Positions 33,477 to 41,595 of a stretch of 64,000 nt of DNA are shown one piece after another; the stretch's first letter is position 1, and every line of letters starts with the position of its first letter. The stretch comes from Thermoanaerobaculia bacterium. Its GTDB lineage: Bacteria; Acidobacteriota; Thermoanaerobaculia; UBA5066. The notes under the pieces are model-generated. The model was not told where the DNA came from, searched no databases, and was given only the letters and a program-made list of their open reading frames with translations. The stretch is taken from positions 480,001-544,000 of the forward strand of contig CAWFJJ010000030.1 in assembly GCA_963816185.1 (NCBI GenBank), read 5' to 3'. Position numbers and translations under genes: made by a program.

Positions 33477-34112
33477 TCATGAGAGCGTGCCGAGGAACCG
33501 GTAGCTCTTCAGCTCGTGTCCGAGGAAGGTCCGGCGCGCGTCCCGGGTCAAGTTCTCGAGATCGACGAGCGCCGTGGGCACCGGCGGCTTTCGCGAAAGC
33601 TCGACGAGCGGAAGCTTCCTGATCACCCGGATGAGGGCGCGGATCCCCTCCGGCGCCTCGTCCTCGGGCAGGACGCCCGCAAAGCGCAGGAGCCACACCT
33701 CGAAGTACCGCGCCGCGAGCGGGGCCGGGACACCCGCCTCGAGGGCGTCGAGGACGTGTCTCACGAGGCGGAAGACTTCACCTCCCAGCTCGGACTCGGG
33801 GACGAACGTGAGCGCGCTCTCGGCGAGATACGGGAGGAGCATCGCCGTCTCGGCCCGCGACGCGAGGTCGAACGCGCTCGCGACGATCTCGAGGGCGTCG
33901 ACGCGCGCGAGATCGGCGCCTTCGCGCCGGAAGTACGTGAGCGAGACCTCCGTGAGGAGCTGCAGCGCGGCGGCCCGTTTCGACCTTCCGCGGGCGCCGC
34001 GGACGGCCGCGCGCACGACGCCGTGGTCTTTTGTGAGAAGCGCGACGACGAGATCTTTCTCCGAGAGCGGGTCGAGCTTCAGAATGAAGGCCGTGGTGGA
34101 GACGAGCGACAT
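33477..34112 (-). CDS. recO: DNA repair protein RecO (short form)
   Basis: EKDLVVALLTKDHG...VRGAR, YFEVWLLRFAG; directly upstream of glyQS, a common arrangement. Confidence 0.85.
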   Translation of the reverse strand: MSLVSTTAFILKLDPLSEKDLVVALLTKDHGVVRAAVRGARGRSKRAAALQLLTEVSLTYFRREGADLARVDALEIVASAFDLASRAETAMLLPYLAESALTFVPESELGGEVFRLVRHVLDALEAGVPAPLAARYFEVWLLRFAGVLPEDEAPEGIRALIRVIRKLPLVELSRKPPVPTALVDLENLTRDARRTFLGHELKSYRFLGTLS

Positions 34113-35394
34113 GCGGGGCGATTCTGCTCCGCCGGGGGAGGGACGTCTCCCCCGCGTCGTCGTGAGGCTGGGATGGGTCTCGTTCCTGACGGACGCCTCG
34201 TCCGAGATGATCGTCCCGCTCCTGCCGGCGTTCGTCGCGACGCTGTCGGGCGTGCCCGCGATGGCGCTCGGCTGGATCGAAGGTGTCGCGGAGACGACGG
34301 CGTCGTTCGCGAAGATCCTCTCGGGCCGGCTGACGGACCGGGCGAAGGCGAAAAAACCGCTCGTCTTCATCGGCTACGCCCTCTCGTCACTCTCCAAGCC
34401 CCTGATCGGCTTCGCGCCGACCTGGCCCGTCATCGTCTTCATCCGTTTCGTCGACCGCATCGGCAAGGGCGTCCGCACGGCGCCGCGCGACACGATGATC
34501 GCGGCCGTCGCCTCGCGGCATCGGCGCGGCGCGGTTTACGGCCTCCACCGCGCGTTCGACAACGCGGGCGCCGTCCTGGGTCCGCTCCTCGCGGCGGGAC
34601 TGGTGGGTTGGGTCGGGTTGAGCCTGCGGAGTGTCTTCCTGCTGGCGGCAGTTCCGGCCGCCCTGTCGCTGCTGGTGATGGCGTTCGGGGTAAAGGAATC
34701 GTCGGAGAACACGCGCTCCTCGCCGAGCTCGTCGCGCCCTGGCGATGCCGCCGCTCCGGGCCCATTACCATTCGAAGAAAAATTCACCGCCTCCCCAGCC
34801 CCACCAGAACCTGAAATGCTCGCGTCCGAACGCAATCTTCCTCCGATCTTCTGGCGCGCGGCGTGGCTCATCGCGTTCTTCACGCTTTCCGCGTCGTCCG
34901 ACACGTTCCTGCTCCTCAAGGCGAAGGAGATCGGGATCGCCGCCGCCTGGCTGCCAGTCCTCTGGGCGTTCTCCAACGCCGTCAGGTCGGCGCTGTCGAT
35001 ATGGGGCGGCGGCCTCTCGGACCGCTTCGGGCGCAGGCGGCTCCTGCTCGCGGCGTGGTCTCTCTACGCTCTGTGCTACGCCGGCTTCGCGTTCGTGTCG
35101 TCGCCGTGGCCTCTCGTCGGGCTCGTCGGCGTGTACTCGGTCTACTACGCCCTTTCCGAAGGCACCGAGCGCGCGCTCGTCGCGGACCTCGTGCCCGCCG
35201 CTTCGCGCGGGCGCGCATTCGGCTGGATGAACGGCCTCATGGGGTTCGCCGCCCTGCCCGCGAGCGTCGGCTTCGGGCTCATCTGGGAGCACGCGGACTC
35301 GAAGACCGCGTTCCTGACGGGAGCCGCGATCGCCACAATCGCCGTGGCGGTCCTCCTCGCTCTTCGCTTTCCCCGCCCGCGCCCCGCCGGGTAA
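34111..35394 (+). CDS. MFS transporter
   Basis: GWVSFLTDASSEM, SGRLTDR, DRIGKGVRTAPRD, GLHRAFDNAG, SDRFGRR. Confidence 0.92.
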   Translation: MRGDSAPPGEGRLPRVVVRLGWVSFLTDASSEMIVPLLPAFVATLSGVPAMALGWIEGVAETTASFAKILSGRLTDRAKAKKPLVFIGYALSSLSKPLIGFAPTWPVIVFIRFVDRIGKGVRTAPRDTMIAAVASRHRRGAVYGLHRAFDNAGAVLGPLLAAGLVGWVGLSLRSVFLLAAVPAALSLLVMAFGVKESSENTRSSPSSSRPGDAAAPGPLPFEEKFTASPAPPEPEMLASERNLPPIFWRAAWLIAFFTLSASSDTFLLLKAKEIGIAAAWLPVLWAFSNAVRSALSIWGGGLSDRFGRRRLLLAAWSLYALCYAGFAFVSSPWPLVGLVGVYSVYYALSEGTERALVADLVPAASRGRAFGWMNGLMGFAALPASVGFGLIWEHADSKTAFLTGAAIATIAVAVLLALRFPRPRPAG

Positions 35395-35404
35395 GATCCC
35401 CGTC

Positions 35405-35653
35405 ATGTCAGGACCCGTCTGGAAACGCCTCCGCATCAAGGGAACCTGCGACGCGTGCGGCGACACGTGCGACGAGCTTCTCGCCTCGGGCACCGTGGTC
35501 GACTTCAAGTTCACGCCAGACTCGCGCTACTGTGCGTCCTGCTACGCCCGCTACGCGGGCCGGTACGACGAGCTGAACCCGAAGGCGGTCGCCGAGCAGC
35601 AGAACCCGCCCGCTCTCTCGCGCCCCATCGCCAAGGGTGACATGCCGGATTGA
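35405..35653 (+). CDS. Small hypothetical CxxC/CxxC zinc-finger-like protein
   Basis: CDACGDTC...YCASCY; GC-rich third codon positions; stop overlaps the mqnE TTG start. Confidence 0.7.
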   Translation: MSGPVWKRLRIKGTCDACGDTCDELLASGTVVDFKFTPDSRYCASCYARYAGRYDELNPKAVAEQQNPPALSRPIAKGDMPD

Positions 35654-36885
35654 GCGTCCTCCTGGAGCGTTTCGCCGGCACGCCGCTCCTTCCGATCGCC
35701 GAAAAGGTCGCGGAAGGCCGCCGTCTCTCGTTCGACGACGGCGTCGCCCTGTCCACGTCTCCCGACGTCCTCGGCGTCGGTACGCTCGCGAACTTCGTGC
35801 GCGAGAAAAGGCACGGCAACACCGGCTACTACAACGTGAATCGCTACCTGAACCCCACGAACCTCTGCTGGGTGGACTGCGCGCTCTGCGCCTGGGCGCG
35901 CAAGCCCGGCGTGGACGGCGGCTACACGATGTCCATCGAGGAGGCGGTCGCAGAGTCGGCCGCCGGATGGCACGACGGGATCACCGAGCTCCACATCGTG
36001 GGCGGCCTCCACCCGTCGCTCCCCTACTCCTGGTACCTCGATCTCCTCCGGGCGCTCAAGTCCCGCTTCCCGGGCGTCCACCTCAAGGCCTGGACGATGG
36101 TGGAGCTCGACTGGATCGCGCGTGTCGGAAAGCGCGACGTCGTCGACGTCATCCGCGACCTGAAGGCCGCCGGCATGGACTCGTGTCCCGGCGGAGGCGC
36201 CGAGATCTTCGCGAAGAGGGTCCGCGACGTCATCTGCCGCGACAAGATCTCCGGAGAGCGCTGGCTCGAGGTCGCGCGCCTCTGCCACGAGAACGGCGTG
36301 AGGACGAACGTCACGATGCTCTACGGCAGCATCGAGACCGTCGAGGAGCGCGTGGACCACCTCGTGCGCATCCGCGAGCTGCAGGACGAGACGGGGGGCT
36401 TCCTCGGCTTCATTCCGCTCGCGTTCCATCCCGAGGAAACGCAGCTCCCCCATCTGCCCGCGGCGACGGGCCTCACGGACCTCAAGGTCATCGCCGTCGC
36501 GCGCCTCATGCTCGACAACGTCGACCACGTCAAGGCGTACTGGGTGCAGATCGGCGAGAAGCTCGCGCCCGTCGCGCTCCACTTCGGCGCAGACGACCTC
36601 GTGGGCACGGTGACGGAGGAGACGATCACGCACGCGGCGGGCGCCAAGACCGAGGCCGGCCTTTCGCGCGCCGAGATGGAGCGCATGATCCGGGGCGCCG
36701 GCCGGGAGCCCTTCGAGCGCGACGCGTACTACGAACGCGTTGTGCGGGATGAGGCCGGTCACGTGCTACGAGCCAACCGGCGGGATTTCGAGAATAGGAA
36801 AAGAGAAGATTCTTCGAAGGTGGGGGGAAAAAACCCCGACCTCGTTTCGCCGGCGCGTCTCGACGCCTCGATCGCCTCGAGCTAA
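35650..36885 (+). CDS. mqnE: Aminodeoxyfutalosine synthase (radical SAM, MqnE/CofH family)
   Basis: NPTNLCWVDCALC, ELHIVGG, PGGGAEIF, TMLYG, FIPLAFHPE, HVKAYW. Confidence 0.9.
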   Translation: MSVLLERFAGTPLLPIAEKVAEGRRLSFDDGVALSTSPDVLGVGTLANFVREKRHGNTGYYNVNRYLNPTNLCWVDCALCAWARKPGVDGGYTMSIEEAVAESAAGWHDGITELHIVGGLHPSLPYSWYLDLLRALKSRFPGVHLKAWTMVELDWIARVGKRDVVDVIRDLKAAGMDSCPGGGAEIFAKRVRDVICRDKISGERWLEVARLCHENGVRTNVTMLYGSIETVEERVDHLVRIRELQDETGGFLGFIPLAFHPEETQLPHLPAATGLTDLKVIAVARLMLDNVDHVKAYWVQIGEKLAPVALHFGADDLVGTVTEETITHAAGAKTEAGLSRAEMERMIRGAGREPFERDAYYERVVRDEAGHVLRANRRDFENRKREDSSKVGGKNPDLVSPARLDASIASS

Positions 36886-37044
36886 CGGACCCGGCCTCTC
36901 CGCCCCGCCGGCACGCCGGCACGCCGGCCGCGGCTGAAGTGTTTGCACCATTTATTTGTCTCGACTCATTGCCGAGAGTCGTTGCGTGAATGACAATCGG
37001 GGCGCTCCTAACGCCGCCTCAGGGTTTCGGGGGAATGACCGATC

Positions 37045-37632
37045 GTGGTGATCTCGTGCATTCTCGCTTTGACGCTTGTGTCCCGTCCGATTTCGACCTC
37101 TCCGGTGGTCGCGCTGCAGCCGCTCGGCGAGGTGAACGAGAGCGTCGTCGAGAACCTCGCGCGGAACCTGGGCTCACTTTTCGGGCTGAACGTCACCGTT
37201 CTTCCGAAGGAGCCCTTGCCCGAATCCGCTTACTACGCACGGCGAGACCGGTACCGTGCCGAAGATCTCGTGGCGTTCCTCGACCGCACCACCGCGGCCG
37301 CGATTCCTCACGTCCTCGGCGTCACGTCCCGGGACATCTCGGCGCCGAAGGGAGACGTCGCGGACTGGGGCGTTCTCGGAGTCGCTAGGCTCGGCGGACG
37401 GCCCGGCGTCGTCTCGACGTACAGGCTGCACGCGGGCGAGGCGTCTGAGGCGATGTTCTCGCAGAGGCTCGACCGCGTCGCCGCGCACGAGCTCGGCCAC
37501 GCGCTCGGCCTTTCGCACTGCCCGAATCCGCACTGCCTCATGCACGACGCGGAAGGCACCATCCGCACCGTCGACTTCGCGACCGGATTCTGCGAGAAGT
37601 GCATCCGGGCCCTCGCGGAGAAGCTCCGCTAG
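37045..37632 (+). CDS. Archaemetzincin-like Zn metalloprotease (M54), probably exported
   Basis: HELGHALGLSHC...CLM...FCEKC. Confidence 0.85.
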   Translation: MVISCILALTLVSRPISTSPVVALQPLGEVNESVVENLARNLGSLFGLNVTVLPKEPLPESAYYARRDRYRAEDLVAFLDRTTAAAIPHVLGVTSRDISAPKGDVADWGVLGVARLGGRPGVVSTYRLHAGEASEAMFSQRLDRVAAHELGHALGLSHCPNPHCLMHDAEGTIRTVDFATGFCEKCIRALAEKLR

Positions 37633-37639
37633 GTGCGCG

Positions 37640-39202
37640 TCACTCGGGCTTGATGGCCGCGAGGAACTTCAGAGCCTGTCCCCGCCCGCCGCCGCGCTCG
37701 ATGTAGAAGCGGATGTACTTGCCCTTCGGCGCTTTCCGGATCTGCGCCTGCAGCTCCTCCACCGTCCCCACGGGCGTGCCATTCACCTCGAGGATGACGT
37801 CGCCTTCCTGGAGGTTCGCGTCGCCCGCGGGCGAGACCGGCCTGACGTGGGTGATGATGACGCCCTTCTGGATATCCCGGTCCAGGCCGTAGGCCCGGCG
37901 CGCCTGCGGCGTCAGCTCGTCGAGCTCGAGGCCGAGCATCTTCTGCTTGCCGGCCTTCGAATCCTCTTCTTCCCTGGCCGGCTTCTCGCCGATATCCGGC
38001 CTCTCCTCGAGGGTCGCGACCGCGGTCTTCTCCTTGCCGTCGCGGAGGTACGCGATCGAAATCTTGGAGCCGGGTGCCTTGCCCGAAACGTAATCGATGA
38101 GATCGCGGTTGTTCTTCACCGTGACGTCGTCGACCTTCGTGATGATGTCTTCGTGCTTCAGGCCGGCTTTCTCGGCGGGTTTGCCGGGCTCGACCGAGTT
38201 CACGAGGGCGCCTTCGGGCTTCTTCAGGTCGTAGGTCTCCTGCAGCTTCTTGTCGATCGACTCGATGCTCACGCCGAGGAATCCGCGCACGACCTTGCCC
38301 TTCTTGAGCTGGGGCAGGAGGCGCTTGGCCATGTTCACGGGCACCGCGAAGCCGATGTTCTGCGCGAAGTTGTTCTGCCCGCGCGCCATCGCGGTGTTGA
38401 TTCCGATCACCTCTCCGGCCACGTTCACGAGCGGGCCGCCCGAGTTGCCGAAGTTGATCGCGGCGTCGGTCTGCAGGAGGCTCTCGAAATTCGCGGTCGC
38501 GCGCGAGAGGCCCGCGTACCGGCCCTTGCCGGAGATAACGCCCACGGTGACGGACTTGTCGAAGTTGAGAGGGTCGCCGATCGCCATGACCCATTCACCG
38601 ACGCGGATCCGGTCCGAATCTCCAAGCCTCACGATGGGAAACGGCCGGGGGCCGTCGATCTTCAGGAGCGCGAGATCCGAGGCCGGATCGCGGCCCACGA
38701 CCTTCGCCGCGTAATCGTCCGTGTCGCCGACCTTGACCTCGATCTTGTCGGCGCCGTCGATGACGTGGTTGTTCGTGAGGATGTAGCCGTCACTCTCGAT
38801 GATGAAGCCCGTGCCTCCCGAAAGCTGCTTCTGGTCCTCATCGTTGTCCGAGCCCCTGCGTCTCGGACCCTCCGGGCCGAAGAAGAACTCGAACGGGTCG
38901 GAGCCGTCCGGGTTTCCGAAGTTATGGAAGCTCCGGCCGCGCAGCTGGTCGGCCTTGATGATGTCCGTCGCCGTCACCGAGACGATGGCCGGCGTGACCT
39001 GCTCGACGATGTCGGCGAACGACGGCAGCGCGACCATCTGAGGAGCGCGGGCGGCTGCGGCCGTCACGGCGGCGGGGGCGGCAGCCCTCTTCTGAGCGGA
39101 AGCGAGCTTCGTGAAGTCCAGGCTTCCGGCCAGGATCATCCCGAAGACGACCGAGCCGGCGAGGAGAGCGGCGAGAGACAGAACCTTCGTTTTCGTACGC
39201 AT
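37640..39202 (-). CDS. HtrA/DegQ serine protease with two PDZ domains
   Basis: LTNNHV, DLALLKI, QTDAAINFGNSGGPL, two PDZ domains. Confidence 0.95.
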   Translation of the reverse strand: MRTKTKVLSLAALLAGSVVFGMILAGSLDFTKLASAQKRAAAPAAVTAAAARAPQMVALPSFADIVEQVTPAIVSVTATDIIKADQLRGRSFHNFGNPDGSDPFEFFFGPEGPRRRGSDNDEDQKQLSGGTGFIIESDGYILTNNHVIDGADKIEVKVGDTDDYAAKVVGRDPASDLALLKIDGPRPFPIVRLGDSDRIRVGEWVMAIGDPLNFDKSVTVGVISGKGRYAGLSRATANFESLLQTDAAINFGNSGGPLVNVAGEVIGINTAMARGQNNFAQNIGFAVPVNMAKRLLPQLKKGKVVRGFLGVSIESIDKKLQETYDLKKPEGALVNSVEPGKPAEKAGLKHEDIITKVDDVTVKNNRDLIDYVSGKAPGSKISIAYLRDGKEKTAVATLEERPDIGEKPAREEEDSKAGKQKMLGLELDELTPQARRAYGLDRDIQKGVIITHVRPVSPAGDANLQEGDVILEVNGTPVGTVEELQAQIRKAPKGKYIRFYIERGGGRGQALKFLAAIKPE

Positions 39203-39265
39203 ACCGTCCATAGATGATAGATCCTCGTCGAGGACGGCCTCTGCCGTCTTCCTTTCACGTTACGG

Positions 39266-39281
39266 GCAAAGATCGTGCCGG
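39266..39281 (-). promoter_or_regulatory. sigma54 -24/-12 promoter upstream of the HtrA gene
   Basis: Minus strand CCGGCACGATCTTTGC matches GGCACG-N4-TTGC. Confidence 0.6.
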
Positions 39282-39291
39282 GCCTGTAGTG

Positions 39292-39720
39292 TCAAAGCGA
39301 CATCCGTCCAAGAGCGGCATGGTCGCGGAAGATGCAGCGGTCCATCGCCACGGGAATGCCAGCGGCCGCGAGGCGGCGGGCCGCCTCCTCGTCCACCACG
39401 CCGTCCTGCATCCAGAAGAATCCCGCTCCGCGCTCGAGAGCTGCGTCGGCGATCGAGGACACGAACTCCGAGCGCCGGAAGACGTCCACGACGTCGAGGC
39501 GCACGTCCCTCGGAATGGAGGCGAGATCCGGATAGCACCTTTTTCCCAGAATCTCGGCATGGCCGGGGTTCACGGGAATCACGTCGAATCCCGCGCTCAG
39601 GAGATAGCTCGCGATCGCGTGCGACGGGCGGCTTTCTTCGGGCGAGCAGCCCACGACCGCGATCGTCCTGGCGGTTCTCAGGGCGCGAGCGATTTCCGCG
39701 GGGTCGTTGATGCCTGCCAC
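39292..39720 (-). CDS. CoA-binding protein (YccU-like)
   Basis: IAVVGCS...RPS, VIPVNP, DVVDVFR, WMQDG, MDRCI. Confidence 0.92.
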   Translation of the reverse strand: MAGINDPAEIARALRTARTIAVVGCSPEESRPSHAIASYLLSAGFDVIPVNPGHAEILGKRCYPDLASIPRDVRLDVVDVFRRSEFVSSIADAALERGAGFFWMQDGVVDEEAARRLAAAGIPVAMDRCIFRDHAALGRMSL

Positions 39721-39728
39721 CCCGCCTC

Positions 39729-40859
39729 CTATCGCGGCCGGCCCCTGTCGGCGTACTCGTCTTCGGGGCGCATGTTGTAGAAGAACGTCACCGTCACACC
39801 CTCCCTGTCGTGCCCGAGGTCGCTCGGCAGCGGGCGAAACGCGCTCGAGCGCGCGATGGCCTGGAAAGCGGCGTTGTCGAAAGGGGGACGCCCGGAGGGC
39901 GAAAGCACGGTCTCACCTTCGACGCGGCCGTCCTTCAGGATGTAGAAGCGGATCGTGATCCGGCCCTTCATGCCGTAGCGCGCGAGTGCCGGCACGTCCC
40001 AGTTCCGCTTGATCTTCCGGATCATTTCCGCCGCGTACGCTCCCCAGTCGTACCCGACGGTGTCGAACGAGAGCGGCCCCGAGTCGACGAATCCCCCTTC
40101 ACGATCGAAGCCGCCTCCCTCCTCTCCGCCGCCGCCGGACTGGGCGGCTTTGCGGGCCGCGTCGGCGGTGATCGCGCCGAGGTCGGGACCGGGTATGCCG
40201 AGCAGCCTCCGCCGGGCGGCCCGCTCTTCGGCCGTCGGTGGATCGTGCAGCGGGCCGGCGGTCGCGAGGTCCGTGAGCTTCCGCCTCTCACCCGAAGGGC
40301 TTCCAAGGGGCGCTTGCGCGGCCGGCGCCGGGGCGATCCTCGGTCCCGCTCTCCCGGCCTCGAGGTCGCGAATGCCCGCCTGTGGAACTGCCTTCGGCAC
40401 GGGCAGCACCGGGAGGGTGCGGTCCCCCCCGTGCGCCTGCCGGTTCATGTCCGACGGCAGAGAGGTCTTCGGCGCCTCCTTCGCGCGCGCACCCGGCGCC
40501 GGAAAAAACTGAATCGGGATCGCCGGATCGGGCGGTGTCGAGCTCATGAGGCTCTGGATTCCGAGCGGATCCAGCGCGTTCTGCGCGGCGGTGCGCGCGG
40601 GAAGCTTCACGGTCAGGAGGGCGATGACCAGGAGGAGGTGCAGGATGACCGAGACCGCGAACGCGCGTTCGGTGTTGATGCGCCGCGAGTCGCGCTGGAC
40701 GACCGCGCCCGCCGGGAGGAACTCCGGCGCGGGCAGGATCGCCTTCTCGTCGAACGGATCCTCTCCGGGGGGCAGGCCCTTCTCGGGGGGCCAGGCCTCG
40801 ACGGTTTCCGCGCCCTCGACAAATTCGTCGTTCAGGGAGATGACGATGAGATCGCTGAT
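39729..40859 (-). CDS. TonB family protein (TonB_C / TolA-like)
   Basis: TM AVSVILHLLLVIALL lies upstream of the track ORF; C-terminal SG..PFDNAA..AI....FRPLP; no ATG/GTG/TTG in frame upstream of the TM, so ATC at 40859 after GAGGA is proposed as start. Confidence 0.75.
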   Translation of the reverse strand: MSDLIVISLNDEFVEGAETVEAWPPEKGLPPGEDPFDEKAILPAPEFLPAGAVVQRDSRRINTERAFAVSVILHLLLVIALLTVKLPARTAAQNALDPLGIQSLMSSTPPDPAIPIQFFPAPGARAKEAPKTSLPSDMNRQAHGGDRTLPVLPVPKAVPQAGIRDLEAGRAGPRIAPAPAAQAPLGSPSGERRKLTDLATAGPLHDPPTAEERAARRRLLGIPGPDLGAITADAARKAAQSGGGGEEGGGFDREGGFVDSGPLSFDTVGYDWGAYAAEMIRKIKRNWDVPALARYGMKGRITIRFYILKDGRVEGETVLSPSGRPPFDNAAFQAIARSSAFRPLPSDLGHDREGVTVTFFYNMRPEDEYADRGRPR

Positions 40860-40974
40860 GTGCTTCCTCGGGAGGGCGATTCGTGGCGCGCCGGACCACC
40901 CCCATGGGAAGTCCGTGCCAGATCGGTCCGTTGCGCATGTTACGCGGTCTCAGGCCTTTTCAGGCGCTCGACCC

Positions 40975-41003
40975 TTGCCCCGGGACGCCTCACGGCCTAT
41001 AAT
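40975..41003 (+). promoter_or_regulatory. sigma70 promoter of the rimP-nusA-infB operon
   Basis: TTGCCC-17 nt-TATAAT. Confidence 0.75.
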
Positions 41004-41029
41004 TCGCCAGCGGACTTTCAAGGGGCTTG

Positions 41030-41056
41030 AAAGGGGGCACACGCCCTCTTTTTTTT
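41030..41056 (+). terminator. rimP leader attenuator (intrinsic terminator)
   Basis: AAAGGGGGC-acac-GCCCTCTTT plus U-run between the promoter and rimP; matches the known GGGc...gCCC rimP-leader motif. Confidence 0.75.
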
Positions 41057-41093
41057 GCCCCAAACGGGCTCAAGAAAGGTACGAAACGGTTTC

Positions 41094-41564
41094 ATGGATC
41101 AGGCGGTGCTCCCCTTCGACGACGTCACGGTGGACCTTCTTCGGACGCGCATCGGCGCGCTCTCTCTGGAGCTCTGCCACGTCGAATGGAAGAGAGGATC
41201 ACGCGCCACGCTGACGCTCACCGTGGACAAGCCCGCCGGTGTGACACTGGAGGACTGCGAGGCCGCGTCGCACGCAGCGTCGGAAATTCTCGACCCCCTC
41301 GAGGAGCAGCTTCCGAAGTACGCGCTCGAGGTTTCCTCCCCCGGCCTCGATCGGCCCCTGTGGACTCTCGCGGACTTCACACGCTTTCGCGGCCGGCGCA
41401 TCACCGTGCGACTCGCCGGGAAGGTAGAGGGCGCCGCGCGCCTGAAGGGCGTCCTGGAAGAAGTCCGGGGGGATTCCCTGACCGTCCTTGATGAGGATCA
41501 GCGCCGACGATACACTGTGCGATTCGGCGACGTCCGGCTCGCACGCCTCGTCCCCGAGCTCTGA
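41094..41564 (+). CDS. rimP: Ribosome maturation factor RimP
   Basis: VTLEDCEAAS, YALEVSSPGLDRPL. Confidence 0.95.
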   Translation: MDQAVLPFDDVTVDLLRTRIGALSLELCHVEWKRGSRATLTLTVDKPAGVTLEDCEAASHAASEILDPLEEQLPKYALEVSSPGLDRPLWTLADFTRFRGRRITVRLAGKVEGAARLKGVLEEVRGDSLTVLDEDQRRRYTVRFGDVRLARLVPEL

Positions 41565-41595
41565 ACAGAATGCGGCCCACGGAGAACACGACACG

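Noticed and set aside
36900-36935. Short CGCCGGCA direct repeats after mqnE
   Set aside because: GC-rich 8-mers are unremarkable at this composition; no U-tract for a terminator
36950-37040. Possible riboswitch upstream of the metalloprotease
   Set aside because: No recognisable aptamer consensus; explained by a TTGCCG-17-GACAAT promoter-like sequence
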